Counted from the first letter of the stretch, positions 16,885-26,988 are shown. The stretch: 32,000 nt of DNA from Phycisphaera mikurensis NBRC 102666 (GCF_000284115.1 NC_017080.1:1410001-1442000), one strand, 5' to 3'. A program made the numbers and translations. The notes: generated by a model not told the origin, from the letters alone.

Positions 16885-19334
16885 GGCAGGCCGGCGGCTT
16901 TGCGGGCGATCCAGAGGGCGGACCAGATCCCGAGGAGGCCCGCGAGCACGGAGCCGGTGTCCCACAGCGGCTCGGGCCTCGGCGGCCGCGTGCGGCTGAT
17001 CGCCACGTCGTCGAGGTGGTCGATGAGGCTACGCGGGTCGGCGGGGTCGAGCACCTCCCCGCCGGTGCGGGCGGCGATCTCGCGCATCGCCGCGGCGTCG
17101 GCGGAGACCAGCGTCCGCTCCAGCCCCAGCGGCCGGACGTTGAGCAGGCGGACGACCGGCTCTTGCTCGCCGTCTCCGTCACCCGCCCACCCGCGGACGG
17201 TGTGCAGGCCGGGCTCCTCGGGCTTGAACGACAGGCTCAGCCCGTCGCGGTCCGCGGATTCTCCCGCCGCCGAAACGTCGGTCGCCGGCCGCAGCCGCGT
17301 CACCCGGCCCGAGGGCGGCGTCACCTCCACCCGCGCCGCCGCGGGCTCCACGCCGGGTCCAAGAAGCAGCCCGATGCGGACCTCCTCGCCCGGCGTCGCG
17401 GGTCCGTCGGGCATCGCCAGCCGCAGCGCCGAGGACGACGAGCCGCCGTCGGCGTCGGCCGAGCCGAACAGCAGCCCGCGGACGAGCCCGGCCCAGAGCG
17501 CGTCGTAGCGGGCGCGGGTTTCGGAAGGACCGCCCAGGCTCGTCGCGTCCGGCAGCGCCCACCGCCACAGCCCCTCGCCCAGCACCGCCAGCACCGAGCC
17601 GCGACCGACCGGCATCGCCACCAGCGCGGGCGCGGCCGGGTCGTCGGCCGCCCGCAGCAGCACCCGCGTCGCGGGCTTTGGCGAGAGCCCACGCTCCAGC
17701 CACCGCAGCGGCGGCGGGGCGGCGCGGACCGCCGCCGCCGCGGTGGCCCCGAACACACCGTCCGCGCCATCGGCCCCCTCGACGAGCGTCGTGCCCGCCC
17801 CGGTCGCGGTTCCCGCGCCCGCGACGACCGGGTCCAGCCGCGACGCCGCCGGCGTCGACAACGCCGCCGGCCGCCCGCGCGTCAGCACCAGGTGCCCGCC
17901 GCCCTCGACCCAGCCGGCAAGCGCCGCCCACTGGCCCGCCGAGAGCACGTCGTCGAGCCGCCGGCCGAGCATCACCACTTCGAAGGCGCTGAAGTCCAGC
18001 CGCTGGACGGCGTCCTCCGGGGACGGATCGTCCGCCGCGGAAGCGGTCGGAGGTCCCGCCGTTCCGCCCGCGTCCGCGCCGGACCTCAGCCGCTCCCAAC
18101 GCCCCTCGGTGACCCGCGTCACCTGCTCCACCGCCACCGCCGCGTCGGCCCGCAGCGCCTGGGCGATGAACTTCGTGTCCCAGTACGGCTGGCCCTCCAG
18201 CACCAGCACCCGCAGCCGCACCGGGGCCAGCGGCACCCGCACCTCCTGGCGGTTGTTCGCCTCGGCCGCCTCGCCGTCCACCGGCACCAGCGACACCGCC
18301 AGCCGCACGCCCGTCACCCCCTCGGCCCGCTCCAGCCGCCCGTCGGGCTTCGGCCGCAGCGCCCCCATCGCCCGCAGCGCCTCCAGCGGAACCGGCACCG
18401 GCAGCGTCTGCAGCAGCGAGCGATCGGCGCGCAGATCCGCCTCGTAGAGCAGGACCTCCTCCGCCGACTCGCCCGCCTCGCCGTCCGCCCGGCCCGTCAC
18501 CCGCACCGTCGACGAAGTGCCCGCCGCCGCCGCCCGCGTCGCGCTCAGCGTCACCTCCGCCGCGCCCGGCTCGCCGGCGATCCAGAAGGCGGTGGTGGGC
18601 GCCACCGACACCGCGAGGTCGAAGGGTGGCGGCGCCGCCTCGCCGACCGTCACCGTGTGGACGGCGAGCCCGCGGGTCTTTGCACGCTGCAGCCGCTCAC
18701 GCAGCGCCGGACTCAACACCGCGCCTTCGGGATCGGGCGCGATCGTCTCGCGGCCGTCGGAGAGCAGCACGACGGCGGGCGCCCCGAGGGGATCGTCGGC
18801 GATCGCCGCCGGCGCGGACGCCAACGCCGCGTCCATCGCCGCGATGAGCGACGTGTCGCCCGCGTCTTCCGCGTCGCCCTCCTCCCGGATCCGCTGGTCG
18901 AAGCCGACCACGCTCACCCGCGCCCCGCGCGCCCACGCCTCGCCCCCCCCGGCCAGCGGTCCCACCCACGCCTCCTCCACGAAAGCGGCGCGGCTTTTTC
19001 CGTCGGCCGCGTCCTTGGTCGCCATCGAGCCCGACCGATCGACCACCAGCAGCACCTCCGGCCGCCGCGCCTCGCCGCTGCCGCCGGTCATCTCCTGCGG
19101 GTTGAGCGCGAGCGCGGCGAGGCCGAGGAGCAGGGCGGAGCGGGCGAGCCACTCGACGACGATCACGGCAGAACGCCCGGCGCCGAGCCCGCCGCTGCGC
19201 AGCGCCTGCACCGCCACCGCGGCGACCCAGACCAGCCCGATCCCAAGCCCGGCGGCGATGGCGGCCGGCGGCAGCGCCGGCGCGAGCGTGACGCCTTCGG
19301 GCAGCCGCAGCAGCGTCTCCAGCGGCTCAGCCAT
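16881..19334 (-). CDS. VWA-domain membrane protein
   Basis: N-terminal TM segments, MIDAS-like VLLVVDRSGSMATKD, later glutamine-amidotransferase-like sequence (VRLRVLVLEGQPYWDTKFIAQALRAD) and a C-terminal TM segment. Confidence 0.85.
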   Translation of the reverse strand: MAEPLETLLRLPEGVTLAPALPPAAIAAGLGIGLVWVAAVAVQALRSGGLGAGRSAVIVVEWLARSALLLGLAALALNPQEMTGGSGEARRPEVLLVVDRSGSMATKDAADGKSRAAFVEEAWVGPLAGGGEAWARGARVSVVGFDQRIREEGDAEDAGDTSLIAAMDAALASAPAAIADDPLGAPAVVLLSDGRETIAPDPEGAVLSPALRERLQRAKTRGLAVHTVTVGEAAPPPFDLAVSVAPTTAFWIAGEPGAAEVTLSATRAAAAGTSSTVRVTGRADGEAGESAEEVLLYEADLRADRSLLQTLPVPVPLEALRAMGALRPKPDGRLERAEGVTGVRLAVSLVPVDGEAAEANNRQEVRVPLAPVRLRVLVLEGQPYWDTKFIAQALRADAAVAVEQVTRVTEGRWERLRSGADAGGTAGPPTASAADDPSPEDAVQRLDFSAFEVVMLGRRLDDVLSAGQWAALAGWVEGGGHLVLTRGRPAALSTPAASRLDPVVAGAGTATGAGTTLVEGADGADGVFGATAAAAVRAAPPPLRWLERGLSPKPATRVLLRAADDPAAPALVAMPVGRGSVLAVLGEGLWRWALPDATSLGGPSETRARYDALWAGLVRGLLFGSADADGGSSSSALRLAMPDGPATPGEEVRIGLLLGPGVEPAAARVEVTPPSGRVTRLRPATDVSAAGESADRDGLSLSFKPEEPGLHTVRGWAGDGDGEQEPVVRLLNVRPLGLERTLVSADAAAMREIAARTGGEVLDPADPRSLIDHLDDVAISRTRPPRPEPLWDTGSVLAGLLGIWSALWIARKAAGLP

Positions 19335-21357
19335 CCGGCGTCGCCCTCCGCTGCAGCAGGATCTCCGCCAGCACGAGCGCGGCGACCACCGCCGCCGCGA
19401 GGCCGAACAGCGGCGTGCCCCGCCCCGCCCGCGCCGCCGCGGACGCCTGGGCGGAGCTCATCTCCGCCCCCGCTTCGCCGCCGCCCACGCCCGCGGTCCG
19501 CGCCCAGAGCTCCGCGGCCGCGGCCGCGATCTGCTCGCGCGGCAGCCGTCGCAGGTCGCCGTGGTCGGTGGCGGCGACCGCCGCCGGAGCTTCCGCGTCC
19601 GCCTCACGCGCGCCTGCCGTCACCCGCAGCCCCAGCGCGTCGACCGCGCCGCGGACGAGCCCGACGAAGACGCCGCGTCGCGGCAGCGAGCCGCCCTCGG
19701 GCCCGACCCCGAAGCCAAACGACAGCAGGCCGCCCGCCGCGGATGCTGGAGCCTCGCCCCCGGGAGCCGCCGGCCGCCACACCGCCGCGGGCTTCCCGTC
19801 CGACCAGCGCAGCAGCACCTCGGCGTCGCCGCCGGCCTGCGCCTCTTCGGCGAGGTCCGCCCGGCCGGCCCAGCGGACGCCGCCCAGCGCCGCCCCGCCC
19901 CGGGCGTCGAGCCCCGCGAGCAGCGCCGCCGCCAGCGGCGTCGGCGCCGCGGAGGCCACCAGCTCCGGCGACGCCCGGTCCGGGTCGAAGGACTCCCAGC
20001 CGTCGTCGCCCGGGGCCGGGAACCGCACCGCCGCACCGCCGGCCGCCGCCACCGCTTCGGCCACCTCCGCCCGCCGCCCGGCCGGCGCCGCGTCCGCCGC
20101 GACGATCACCACCCGGCCGCCGTCGCCCGCCTCGCCGGCTTCCGGCGCGTTGCCCGTCCAGCTCAAGTCGAAGCGGCTCCGCTCGGCATCCGGCTCCAGC
20201 GCCCGCCACAGGTACGCCGCCGCCGTTGCGTCCGCCGCCCGCCGCAGCCGCGCCCGTGGGTCGGCCACGCTCCAAACCGTCACCGGCACCCGCCGCACCG
20301 CCGGGATCAGCAGCTCCACCGCGTCGTCGCCGGCGAGCCCGTCCGCGCCGCCGGATCCCGCCGCCAGCGCCAGCCGCACCCGCCGCGGCTCGGGCCCGCC
20401 CGCGATCAACACCGTCGATGCCGCCTCCCACGCCGCGCCCGGCCGGCCCGGGTCCTCGGCCACCGTGCCGACCGGCTCGTCGTTCACCGCGAGCGTCAGC
20501 GCCGGCGACGCGGGAGCGTGCTTGCCCTGCGACGCCCCCAGCCGGATCCGCACCTCCGCCGGCTGCGCCCCCACCGGCGGCACGACCTCCGCGACCGCCA
20601 CCTGAGCGTTCGGCAGCGCCGCCGCCAGCGCCGGGACCACCGTGACGGCCGGCGTGTCCTCGCCCGCCGCCCCCGCCAGCTCCGCCGCCAGCGGCGCCCA
20701 ATCTTCCGCCTGCGCGTCGGTGACCACCGCCACCCGCACCGCGGCTCCGCCCGCCCGCTCGGCCAGCTGCGCCCCCCGCACGAACGCACCCCGCCAGTCC
20801 GCCAGGCCCTCGGGTCCACCCCCCGCCGCGAGCCGCGCCGCCAGCCGCTCCCGCAGCGCCGCGAGGTTCGTCGTGAACTCCGGCAGCACCGGCTCCACGC
20901 CCGTGCCCACGACGAGCACGGCCGCCGCGTCCAGCCCCGGCGACAGGTCCGCCAGCAGTTGGTCCGCCGCGTCGGCGATCGCCTCCGCCGCCTGGACTCC
21001 CCGCGCGTCCCGCTGCGCCGTCGACCCGCTGAGATCCACGAACACCAGCAGCGAACGTCCCGCCGCGTCGGCCAGCGCCTCCCCGCCCGCCGCGGCCGCC
21101 TCGCGCGACGGCCCGCCCAGCCAGCGCGGCTGGGCGAACAGCACCGCCAGCAGCAGGACCGCCAGTGCCCGCGCCGCCAGCAGCAGGTACCGCCGCAGCC
21201 GCTCGGCCCCGGTTTCCCGCGGGCGGCTCGCTGCGAAGAAGCGGACACCCGGCACCGGCACCGCCGCTCCTGCCGGCCGCCGCAGCAGGTGGATCGCCAC
21301 CGGCAGCGCCGCCGCGAGCGACGCCCACAGGAACGCAGGCGCCGCGAAGGCGATCAC
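19327..21357 (-). CDS. BatA-like membrane protein with N-terminal BatA and VWA-like domain
   Basis: IAFAAPAFLWASLAAALPVAIHLLRRPAGAAVPVPGVRFF is the classic BatA N-terminus. Followed by LLVFVDLSGSTAQRDARGVQAAEAIADAADQLL. GTG start near 21357 inferred. Confidence 0.82.
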   Translation of the reverse strand: MIAFAAPAFLWASLAAALPVAIHLLRRPAGAAVPVPGVRFFAASRPRETGAERLRRYLLLAARALAVLLLAVLFAQPRWLGGPSREAAAAGGEALADAAGRSLLVFVDLSGSTAQRDARGVQAAEAIADAADQLLADLSPGLDAAAVLVVGTGVEPVLPEFTTNLAALRERLAARLAAGGGPEGLADWRGAFVRGAQLAERAGGAAVRVAVVTDAQAEDWAPLAAELAGAAGEDTPAVTVVPALAAALPNAQVAVAEVVPPVGAQPAEVRIRLGASQGKHAPASPALTLAVNDEPVGTVAEDPGRPGAAWEAASTVLIAGGPEPRRVRLALAAGSGGADGLAGDDAVELLIPAVRRVPVTVWSVADPRARLRRAADATAAAYLWRALEPDAERSRFDLSWTGNAPEAGEAGDGGRVVIVAADAAPAGRRAEVAEAVAAAGGAAVRFPAPGDDGWESFDPDRASPELVASAAPTPLAAALLAGLDARGGAALGGVRWAGRADLAEEAQAGGDAEVLLRWSDGKPAAVWRPAAPGGEAPASAAGGLLSFGFGVGPEGGSLPRRGVFVGLVRGAVDALGLRVTAGAREADAEAPAAVAATDHGDLRRLPREQIAAAAAELWARTAGVGGGEAGAEMSSAQASAAARAGRGTPLFGLAAAVVAALVLAEILLQRRATPDG

Positions 21358-22352
21358 GGTGAACCCCCCGTTGCGCTTCCGTCGCAGATCGCCGCCGCCA
21401 CCTCCCACGGCGGCGCGTCCTGCACCACCCGCCGGCAGAAGCCGCCCGCCGCCCGCACCCGCGCCGCCAGCAGGTCCGCCTCCTCCCGCACCCGCTCCCG
21501 GTACGCCTCCCGCCACCCCGCGTCCAGCCGCACGACCCGCCCGGTCTCCACGTCCCGCACCCGGGCGCGCGTCACGCCAGCCGGCGGCTCCCACTCCTGG
21601 GGGTGCAGCGTGTGGACCACCTCCACCGCGTGCCCCTGCGCGGTCAGCCCGCGGACCGCGGCCGCGAACGCCTCGTCCTGCCCACGGTCCGCGGCGAGCC
21701 CGTCGGTGAAGACCTTCACGCTCGCTCGCCTCCGCAGGCCCCGGCCGACGCCCCGCAGCCCCGCCGCCAGGTCGGCCTTGTTCAGCGGCTTGATCAGCTC
21801 GCACCCGCGGACGACCAGCCCCAGCGCCGCCGATCCCCGCAGCGGCCCGGTCCGCCGCAGGTCGTGCCCGGCCGCTCGCTGCACGACCGCCAGCTCCACC
21901 GGGTCGCGCTGGCGGACCGCCACCGCCGCGAGCAGGCACGCGACCGCCGAGGCGTGGCGCAGCTTGGTGAAGCTGCGCCACGCCGTTGAGGGATCGTCGT
22001 CTCCCGGCGACCGCCGCGACCACGGCCGCGCCGCGGCCTTCGGCTTCGGCCACCCGCTCCAGCCCATCGACGCCGACGCGTCGAGCACCAGGTGCAGCGT
22101 GAGGTCGGTCGTGTCCTCGAACATCCGCAGATACAAACGCTCGGTCCGGCCGTAGACCTTCCAATCCACGTCGCGCACGTCGTCCCCCGGCACGTACGCC
22201 CGGTACCCCGTGAAGTCGTGGGCCCGCCCGCGCCGGCGGATCCGGTGCGACCCCTGCGCCGCCCCCGCCCGCGCCGCCGCCCGCGCCGGCGGCTCCAGCG
22301 TCCGCCCGCGCAGCGTCTCCAGGCCGAGCAGCAGGACCGAGGGGCTCGGCAT
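21354..22352 (-). CDS. DUF58 domain-containing protein
   Basis: GSHRIRRRGRAHDFTGYRAYVPGDDVRDVDWKVYGRTERLYLRMFEDTTDLTLHLVLDASASMGW is diagnostic of DUF58. Confidence 0.93.
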   Translation of the reverse strand: MPSPSVLLLGLETLRGRTLEPPARAAARAGAAQGSHRIRRRGRAHDFTGYRAYVPGDDVRDVDWKVYGRTERLYLRMFEDTTDLTLHLVLDASASMGWSGWPKPKAAARPWSRRSPGDDDPSTAWRSFTKLRHASAVACLLAAVAVRQRDPVELAVVQRAAGHDLRRTGPLRGSAALGLVVRGCELIKPLNKADLAAGLRGVGRGLRRRASVKVFTDGLAADRGQDEAFAAAVRGLTAQGHAVEVVHTLHPQEWEPPAGVTRARVRDVETGRVVRLDAGWREAYRERVREEADLLAARVRAAGGFCRRVVQDAPPWEVAAAICDGSATGGSP

Positions 22353-22389
22353 CACGGGCACCCGCCGCGTCTTGGCAAGAAGCCGAGGC

Positions 22390-22519
22390 AAGCCGCGGAT
22401 GTCACGGATGAAACGGATTCAGAGGAAACGCGTTGGCCGCAACGCTCGTTTCGTCGATGGGGGCGCGAAGGATCGTGGTACCTCTTTCTCATCCCTGCGA
22501 TCCGTGACATCCGCGGCTT
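22390..22519. repeat. Perfect 20-bp inverted repeat with 90-nt spacer
   Basis: 22390..22409 AAGCCGCGGATGTCACGGAT and 22500..22519 ATCCGTGACATCCGCGGCTT are exact reverse complements, in the moxR/DUF58 intergenic gap. Confidence 0.95.
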
Positions 22520-22543
22520 CTCTTCTCTCGGCCCGGCGCCGCT

Positions 22544-23668
22544 TCACCCCAGCACGCCGAGGATCTTCTCGACAACCGCCTCCGACGTGATCCCCGAGCC
22601 CGCGGCCGAGAAGCCCGGGATCACCCGGTGCCGCAGCACGAAGGGCGCGACCTCGCGGACGTGGCCCAGCGTCGCCGCCGGCTCGCCGTCGAGCACCGCC
22701 AGCGCCTTGGCCCCCATCACCAGCGCCTGCGCCGCGCGCGGCCCCGCGCCGAAGGCGACGTGGCTCCGCACCCACGCCTCCAGCTTCTCCACCTCCGGCG
22801 TCCGCCGCCCGATCCCCACCGTCGCGTGCGGCGAGTCCTTCGGCGGCTCCGCCGGCTTCTTCTTCGCAAGCAGCCGGCTCTTCGTTTCGCCCGCCGCCCG
22901 CGCCTCCTCAAGCGTGGGGCCCGGCGTCGGCCGCGTCAGCCGCACCAGGTCCAGCGCCAGCTCCACCACGTGCTCGGGCGCCGGCACCCGCCGCACGAGC
23001 TTCTGCGCCTCCACCAGCTCGTCCATCGACGGCAGACCCTCCGCATCGATCCTCGTTCCTTCGGGCCCCGCCACGCCGGTCGTCGCCTCCACCACCCGCC
23101 GCTCGTTCGCCCGGTCCGGGTAGCCCAGCGGGCAGGAGAACAGGAACCGGTCCAGCTGCGCCTCGGGCAGCGGGTACGTGCCCTCCTGCTCGATGGGGTT
23201 CTGCGTCGCCACCACCATGAAGGGCCGCTCGATCGCGTGCCGCGTCCCCATCGCGGTCACCTGCCGCTCCTGCATCGCCTCCAGCAGCGCCGCCTGCGTC
23301 TTGGGCGGGGTCCGGTTGATCTCGTCGGCCAGCAGCAGATTCGTGAACACCGGCCCGGGAACGAAACGCATCGAGCGATGACCCTCGCCGTCCTCGTCCA
23401 GCAGCTCCATGCCGGTGATGTCCGCGGGCATCAGGTCCGGCGTGAACTGGATCCGCCGCGTGCCCCAGCCCAGCCCGTCCGCCAGCGTCCGCACCAGCAG
23501 CGTCTTGGCCAGCCCCGGCACCCCCACCAGCAGCACGTGCCCCTCGCACAGCAGCCCCGCCAGCAGCACCCGCACCGCCGTTTCCTGCCCGATCACCACC
23601 GCCCCGACCCGCTCCTGCAGCCGGCCGAGCTTCCGGGAGGCCTCGTCCAGCTGCGCCGCGTCGTCCAC
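22544..23668 (-). CDS. MoxR-family AAA+ ATPase
   Basis: Walker A-like VGVPGLAKTLLVRTLAD, IQFTPDLMPADITG, Walker B LLADEINRTPPKTQAALLEAMQERQVT, ATQNPIEQEGTYPLPEAQLDRF. Confidence 0.96.
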   Translation of the reverse strand: MDDAAQLDEASRKLGRLQERVGAVVIGQETAVRVLLAGLLCEGHVLLVGVPGLAKTLLVRTLADGLGWGTRRIQFTPDLMPADITGMELLDEDGEGHRSMRFVPGPVFTNLLLADEINRTPPKTQAALLEAMQERQVTAMGTRHAIERPFMVVATQNPIEQEGTYPLPEAQLDRFLFSCPLGYPDRANERRVVEATTGVAGPEGTRIDAEGLPSMDELVEAQKLVRRVPAPEHVVELALDLVRLTRPTPGPTLEEARAAGETKSRLLAKKKPAEPPKDSPHATVGIGRRTPEVEKLEAWVRSHVAFGAGPRAAQALVMGAKALAVLDGEPAATLGHVREVAPFVLRHRVIPGFSAAGSGITSEAVVEKILGVLG

Positions 23669-23746
23669 GCCGCGCAGGCTACCGACGCCGGTTCGCGGCG
23701 TGCGGCGGCTGGGGGTGCGGCTCGGCCCGGCCCGGCCCGGCCCGGC

Positions 23747-24538
23747 TCAGCCGGTCATGCGGCCGAGGAAGGCGCGGGCACGCTCGGTCCGGGGGCTCGC
23801 GAAGAACGCTCCCGCCGGTCCGGCCTCCGCGATGACGCCGCCATCGAGGAACACGGCGTGGTCGGCCACCTCGGCGGCGAAGGCGATCTCGTGGGTCACC
23901 ACGACCATCGTCGTCTCGCAGGCGAGCTCGCGCATCACCGCGAGCACCTCGCCAACGGTCTCGGGGTCGAGCGCACTGGTGGGCTCGTCGAACAGCAGCG
24001 CCTTGGGACGCATCGCCAGGGCGCGGGCGATCGCGACGCGCTGCTTCTGCCCGCCGGAGAGCATCGACGGGTACGCGTCCGCCTTGTCGGCGAGGCCGAC
24101 CCGCCCGAGCAGCGCCTCCGCCTCGGCGTCGGCTTGCTCTCTGGCGGCGCCGGCGATCTTCCGCGGGGCGAGCGTGATGTTCTTGCGGACGGACAGGTGC
24201 GGGAACAGGTTGAAGTGCTGGAAGACCATCCCCAGGTTCCGGCGGAGCCCGTTGAGCTTCTGCGGCGAGGCCTTGGGCTTCTCCGTGCAGAACACGCGGT
24301 CGCCGGCGACGTCGATGGTTCCGGCGTCGGGCGTTTCGAGCAGGTTCATGCAGCGGAGCAGCGTGGACTTGCCCGACCCCGACGGCCCCAGCAGCACGTT
24401 GACCGTGCCGGGCGCGACGTCGAGGTCGACGCCGCGGAGGACCTCGAGCGCACCGAAGCGCTTGGTCAGGCCGCGGACCGCGATCAGCGGATCGCCTCCG
24501 GGGCCACGGTCCGCGGCGGGGGAGGGAGGTCGGTTCAT
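23747..24538 (-). CDS. Polar amino acid ABC transporter ATP-binding protein (GlnQ-like)
   Basis: Walker A LGPSGSGKSTLLRCMNLLE, FQHFNLFPHLSV, signature LSGGQKQRVAIARAL, Walker B ALLFDEPTSALDPE. Start ATG at 24538. Confidence 0.95.
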   Translation of the reverse strand: MNRPPSPAADRGPGGDPLIAVRGLTKRFGALEVLRGVDLDVAPGTVNVLLGPSGSGKSTLLRCMNLLETPDAGTIDVAGDRVFCTEKPKASPQKLNGLRRNLGMVFQHFNLFPHLSVRKNITLAPRKIAGAAREQADAEAEALLGRVGLADKADAYPSMLSGGQKQRVAIARALAMRPKALLFDEPTSALDPETVGEVLAVMRELACETTMVVVTHEIAFAAEVADHAVFLDGGVIAEAGPAGAFFASPRTERARAFLGRMTG

Positions 24539-25290
24539 GGACGCTTCGTCCCCGCCGCCAAGCGGCGGTCCAGGAGCCCGAGGAGGCGCGAAACCGTGAA
24601 GACCAGGACGAAGTAGGTCGCGGCGATGGCGAGGTAGGTGGGGAAGACGGCGTACGTGCGGGCGGCGTAGAGCTGGCCGGTGCGGACGATCTCGGTGACG
24701 GCGATCACCGACAGCAGGCTCGTGTCCTTGAGCAGCGTGATCAGCTCGTTGCCCATCGGCGGCAGCGCCCGCACCAGCGCCTGCGGGGCCACGACGTGGC
24801 GGAAGGTGGCGAGGCGGCCCAGGCCCAGCGAGCGGGCGGCCTCGGCCTGGCCGCCGTCGATCGACCGCAGCGCAGCCCGGTAGATCTCCGAGAGGTAGGC
24901 CCCCGAGTTCAGGCCGCAGGCCAGCGTCCCCGCGACGATGGCGTCCTTCACCCAGACGCTCTCGCCGAAGCCCAGCTCGAAGCTGAAGGGCCGCCCCGTG
25001 AGCTGGATCATCAGCGCCGGCACGCCGAAGTACAGGAACAGGATCTGCACGAGCAGCGGCGTGCCGCGGATCGCGTCCACGTAGGCCAGGCACGGCCACC
25101 GCAGGAACCACAGCCCGTGCAGCCGGAGCAGCGCGATCGTGAGCCCGATGCAGATCCCGATCACCTCCGCCACCGCCGCGACGCAGACCGTGATGCCCGC
25201 CCCGCGGAGGAGCGCAGGCAAAACCGCCAGGAAGTGGTCGACCCCGGAAGGGGCCTCCGTCGCGGCTTGGGCGAGGAGGTGGAGGCTCAT
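24535..25290 (-). CDS. Polar amino acid ABC transporter permease (GlnP/HisM-like)
   Basis: AYVDAIRGTPLLVQILFLYFGVP and EAARSLGLGRLATFRHVVAPQALVRALPPMGNELITLLKDTSLLSVIAVTEI are typical of the family. Confidence 0.95.
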   Translation of the reverse strand: MSLHLLAQAATEAPSGVDHFLAVLPALLRGAGITVCVAAVAEVIGICIGLTIALLRLHGLWFLRWPCLAYVDAIRGTPLLVQILFLYFGVPALMIQLTGRPFSFELGFGESVWVKDAIVAGTLACGLNSGAYLSEIYRAALRSIDGGQAEAARSLGLGRLATFRHVVAPQALVRALPPMGNELITLLKDTSLLSVIAVTEIVRTGQLYAARTYAVFPTYLAIAATYFVLVFTVSRLLGLLDRRLAAGTKRP

Positions 25291-25329
25291 GCGTCGCGGG
25301 TGCGTCCCGGAGCAGCGGCCGCGGCGGTC

Positions 25330-26154
25330 TCAGTCCGCGGCGTCTTCCACGGCCGCGGGTGCGTCGTCCCCGAACCACCGGTCCTGGATGGTGTCGAATT
25401 GTCCCGAGGCCTTGACGTTCGCGAGGCCCGCGTTGAGCGTCTCGAGCAGCTCGGTGTTGCCCTTGCGGACGGCCATGCCGTAGTCGTCGGCGACGAGCAC
25501 CTCCGGCAGGATGATGACCTTGTCCGGGCGGCTCTTGGCGTAGGTCTCGCTGACGGGCTTGTCGTTGATGACGGCGTCCACCTTGCCGGCAACCAGCGCC
25601 TCCATCGACAGCCCCACGTCCTGGAAGGTCTGCACGCCGCCGATCTTGCCCTCGGCCGCGAGCTCCTCGGCGGCCGTGGCCCCGGTCGTCCCGATGTTCA
25701 CGCCGACCTGCCTGCCCGCGAGGTCGTCCACGCCCCCGATGCCGGTGTCGGGGCGGGTGGCGATGACGAGGCCGGCGTTGACGTAGGGGTCGGTGAAGTC
25801 GACGGTCTGCTGGCGCTCCTCGGTGATCGACATGCCCGAGACGGCGACGTCGATCTGGCCGCTGTTGAGCGAGGGGATCAGCGAGTCGAAGCCGACGTCG
25901 CGGAAGTCCGGCGTGAAACCCTGATCCTCGGCGATCGCCTTGAAGAGGTCGATGTCGAAGCCGACCGTGACGTCGTTCTCGTCCTTCATCTCGAACGGCG
26001 GGAAGGTCGGCTCGGTGCCGACCACGACGGTCCTGGCCGCGTCGTCGCCCCCGGTGGCGGCCGCGTCGCCGCCGCCGGCCTCGCCGCAGCCGGCGAGCGA
26101 GAGGGGGACGGCGGCGAGGGCGAGGACGGCGGGCAGGAGCTTGCGGCGGTTCAT
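25330..26154 (-). CDS. Amino acid ABC transporter substrate-binding lipoprotein
   Basis: Lipobox PLSLAGCG, TVVVGTEPTFPPFEMKDENDVTVGFDIDLFKAIAE, GYTH-type SBP family 3 pattern DVAVSGMSITEERQQTVDFTDPY. Start ATG at 26154. Confidence 0.95.
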   Translation of the reverse strand: MNRRKLLPAVLALAAVPLSLAGCGEAGGGDAAATGGDDAARTVVVGTEPTFPPFEMKDENDVTVGFDIDLFKAIAEDQGFTPDFRDVGFDSLIPSLNSGQIDVAVSGMSITEERQQTVDFTDPYVNAGLVIATRPDTGIGGVDDLAGRQVGVNIGTTGATAAEELAAEGKIGGVQTFQDVGLSMEALVAGKVDAVINDKPVSETYAKSRPDKVIILPEVLVADDYGMAVRKGNTELLETLNAGLANVKASGQFDTIQDRWFGDDAPAAVEDAAD

Positions 26155-26228
26155 GGGGAGCTCGGCGGTGTCGCGGCGGGGCAGGCCGGGCGAGGGTAAG
26201 GGCTGCGCGGGCGTGCTTGCCCGCGGCC

Positions 26229-26969
26229 TCACTCGGAGCGCAGCGCGGCGGCCCGCGCGAGGGCGGCGTGCTCGCGGGTGAGCCCGAGGGTGAGTCCGGG
26301 CAGGCGGAGCTCGCCGCCGCGGGAGCGTCCCAACGCCCGAGCGGCCTCCCGCGGCAGCAGGAAGACCAGCCGCTCGTCGAGCTTCGGCGGCCGGGCGGCG
26401 TTCTGCGTGCGGATGCGCGGGTCGCTGAGCGAGCGATCGCTCAGCAGCGTGTAGCCCTCCAGCGGCAGCACGAACGCCTCGCCGTCGACGACGAGCCCGG
26501 CCGTCTCGGCGCCGGCCAGCCGCGAGCTGCGGCTGCCGAGCGTCTCGAGCACGAGCACCAGCGGATCGACGGGGCGGTCCTCCGCGGCGAGCGCCTCCCC
26601 AGGGTGGGTGAAGCCGACGGCGACCGCGTAGCGGGAGAAGCCCAAGAGGGCGCCGGACGCGGCCGCGATCCGCGCGCTGAGCACCGTGGTGCGGCCCGAG
26701 GCCGGATCGAAGACGGAGCGGAAGCGGCCTTGCTCGCGATCGACCAGCTCGCCCTTGGCGGGCAGGCCGGCGAGAGCCTCGAGGCGGCGGTTCTCGGTGG
26801 CGAGGTCCTCGCGGAGCTCGGGCGAGGGCGCGGGCGGCGGCGTCGCCGAGGCCTCCAGCCGCTCGCGCAGCGCGGCGTTCTCGGCCCGCAGCGCGGCGAC
26901 CTCGGCGCGGTCGGAGGCGCAGCCGGCGAGCAGCAGCGGGGCGGCGAGGGCGGCGAGGAGCGGGCGCAT
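26229..26969 (-). CDS. Hypothetical lipoprotein
   Basis: MRPLLAALAAPLLLAGCASDRAEVAALRAENAALRERLE: lipobox followed by a short coiled coil. No family recognised. Confidence 0.75.
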   Translation of the reverse strand: MRPLLAALAAPLLLAGCASDRAEVAALRAENAALRERLEASATPPPAPSPELREDLATENRRLEALAGLPAKGELVDREQGRFRSVFDPASGRTTVLSARIAAASGALLGFSRYAVAVGFTHPGEALAAEDRPVDPLVLVLETLGSRSSRLAGAETAGLVVDGEAFVLPLEGYTLLSDRSLSDPRIRTQNAARPPKLDERLVFLLPREAARALGRSRGGELRLPGLTLGLTREHAALARAAALRSE

Positions 26970-26988
26970 CGGCCCAGTGTGCCCTCGA

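Noticed and set aside
13771-22155. Very long + strand ORFs (13771..17508, 17016..20645, 18517..22155)
   Set aside because: Antisense shadows of the MoxR/VWA cluster, dominated by Arg/Pro/Ser/Gly runs, while the minus strand encodes recognisable domains.
11863-23668. Possible defence system (MoxR/VWA, ternary-system-like)
   Set aside because: MoxR and VWA proteins do occur in some defence or conflict systems. However, DUF58/BatA/DUF4159 next to housekeeping genes with no effector or mobile context fits the ordinary planctomycete cluster.
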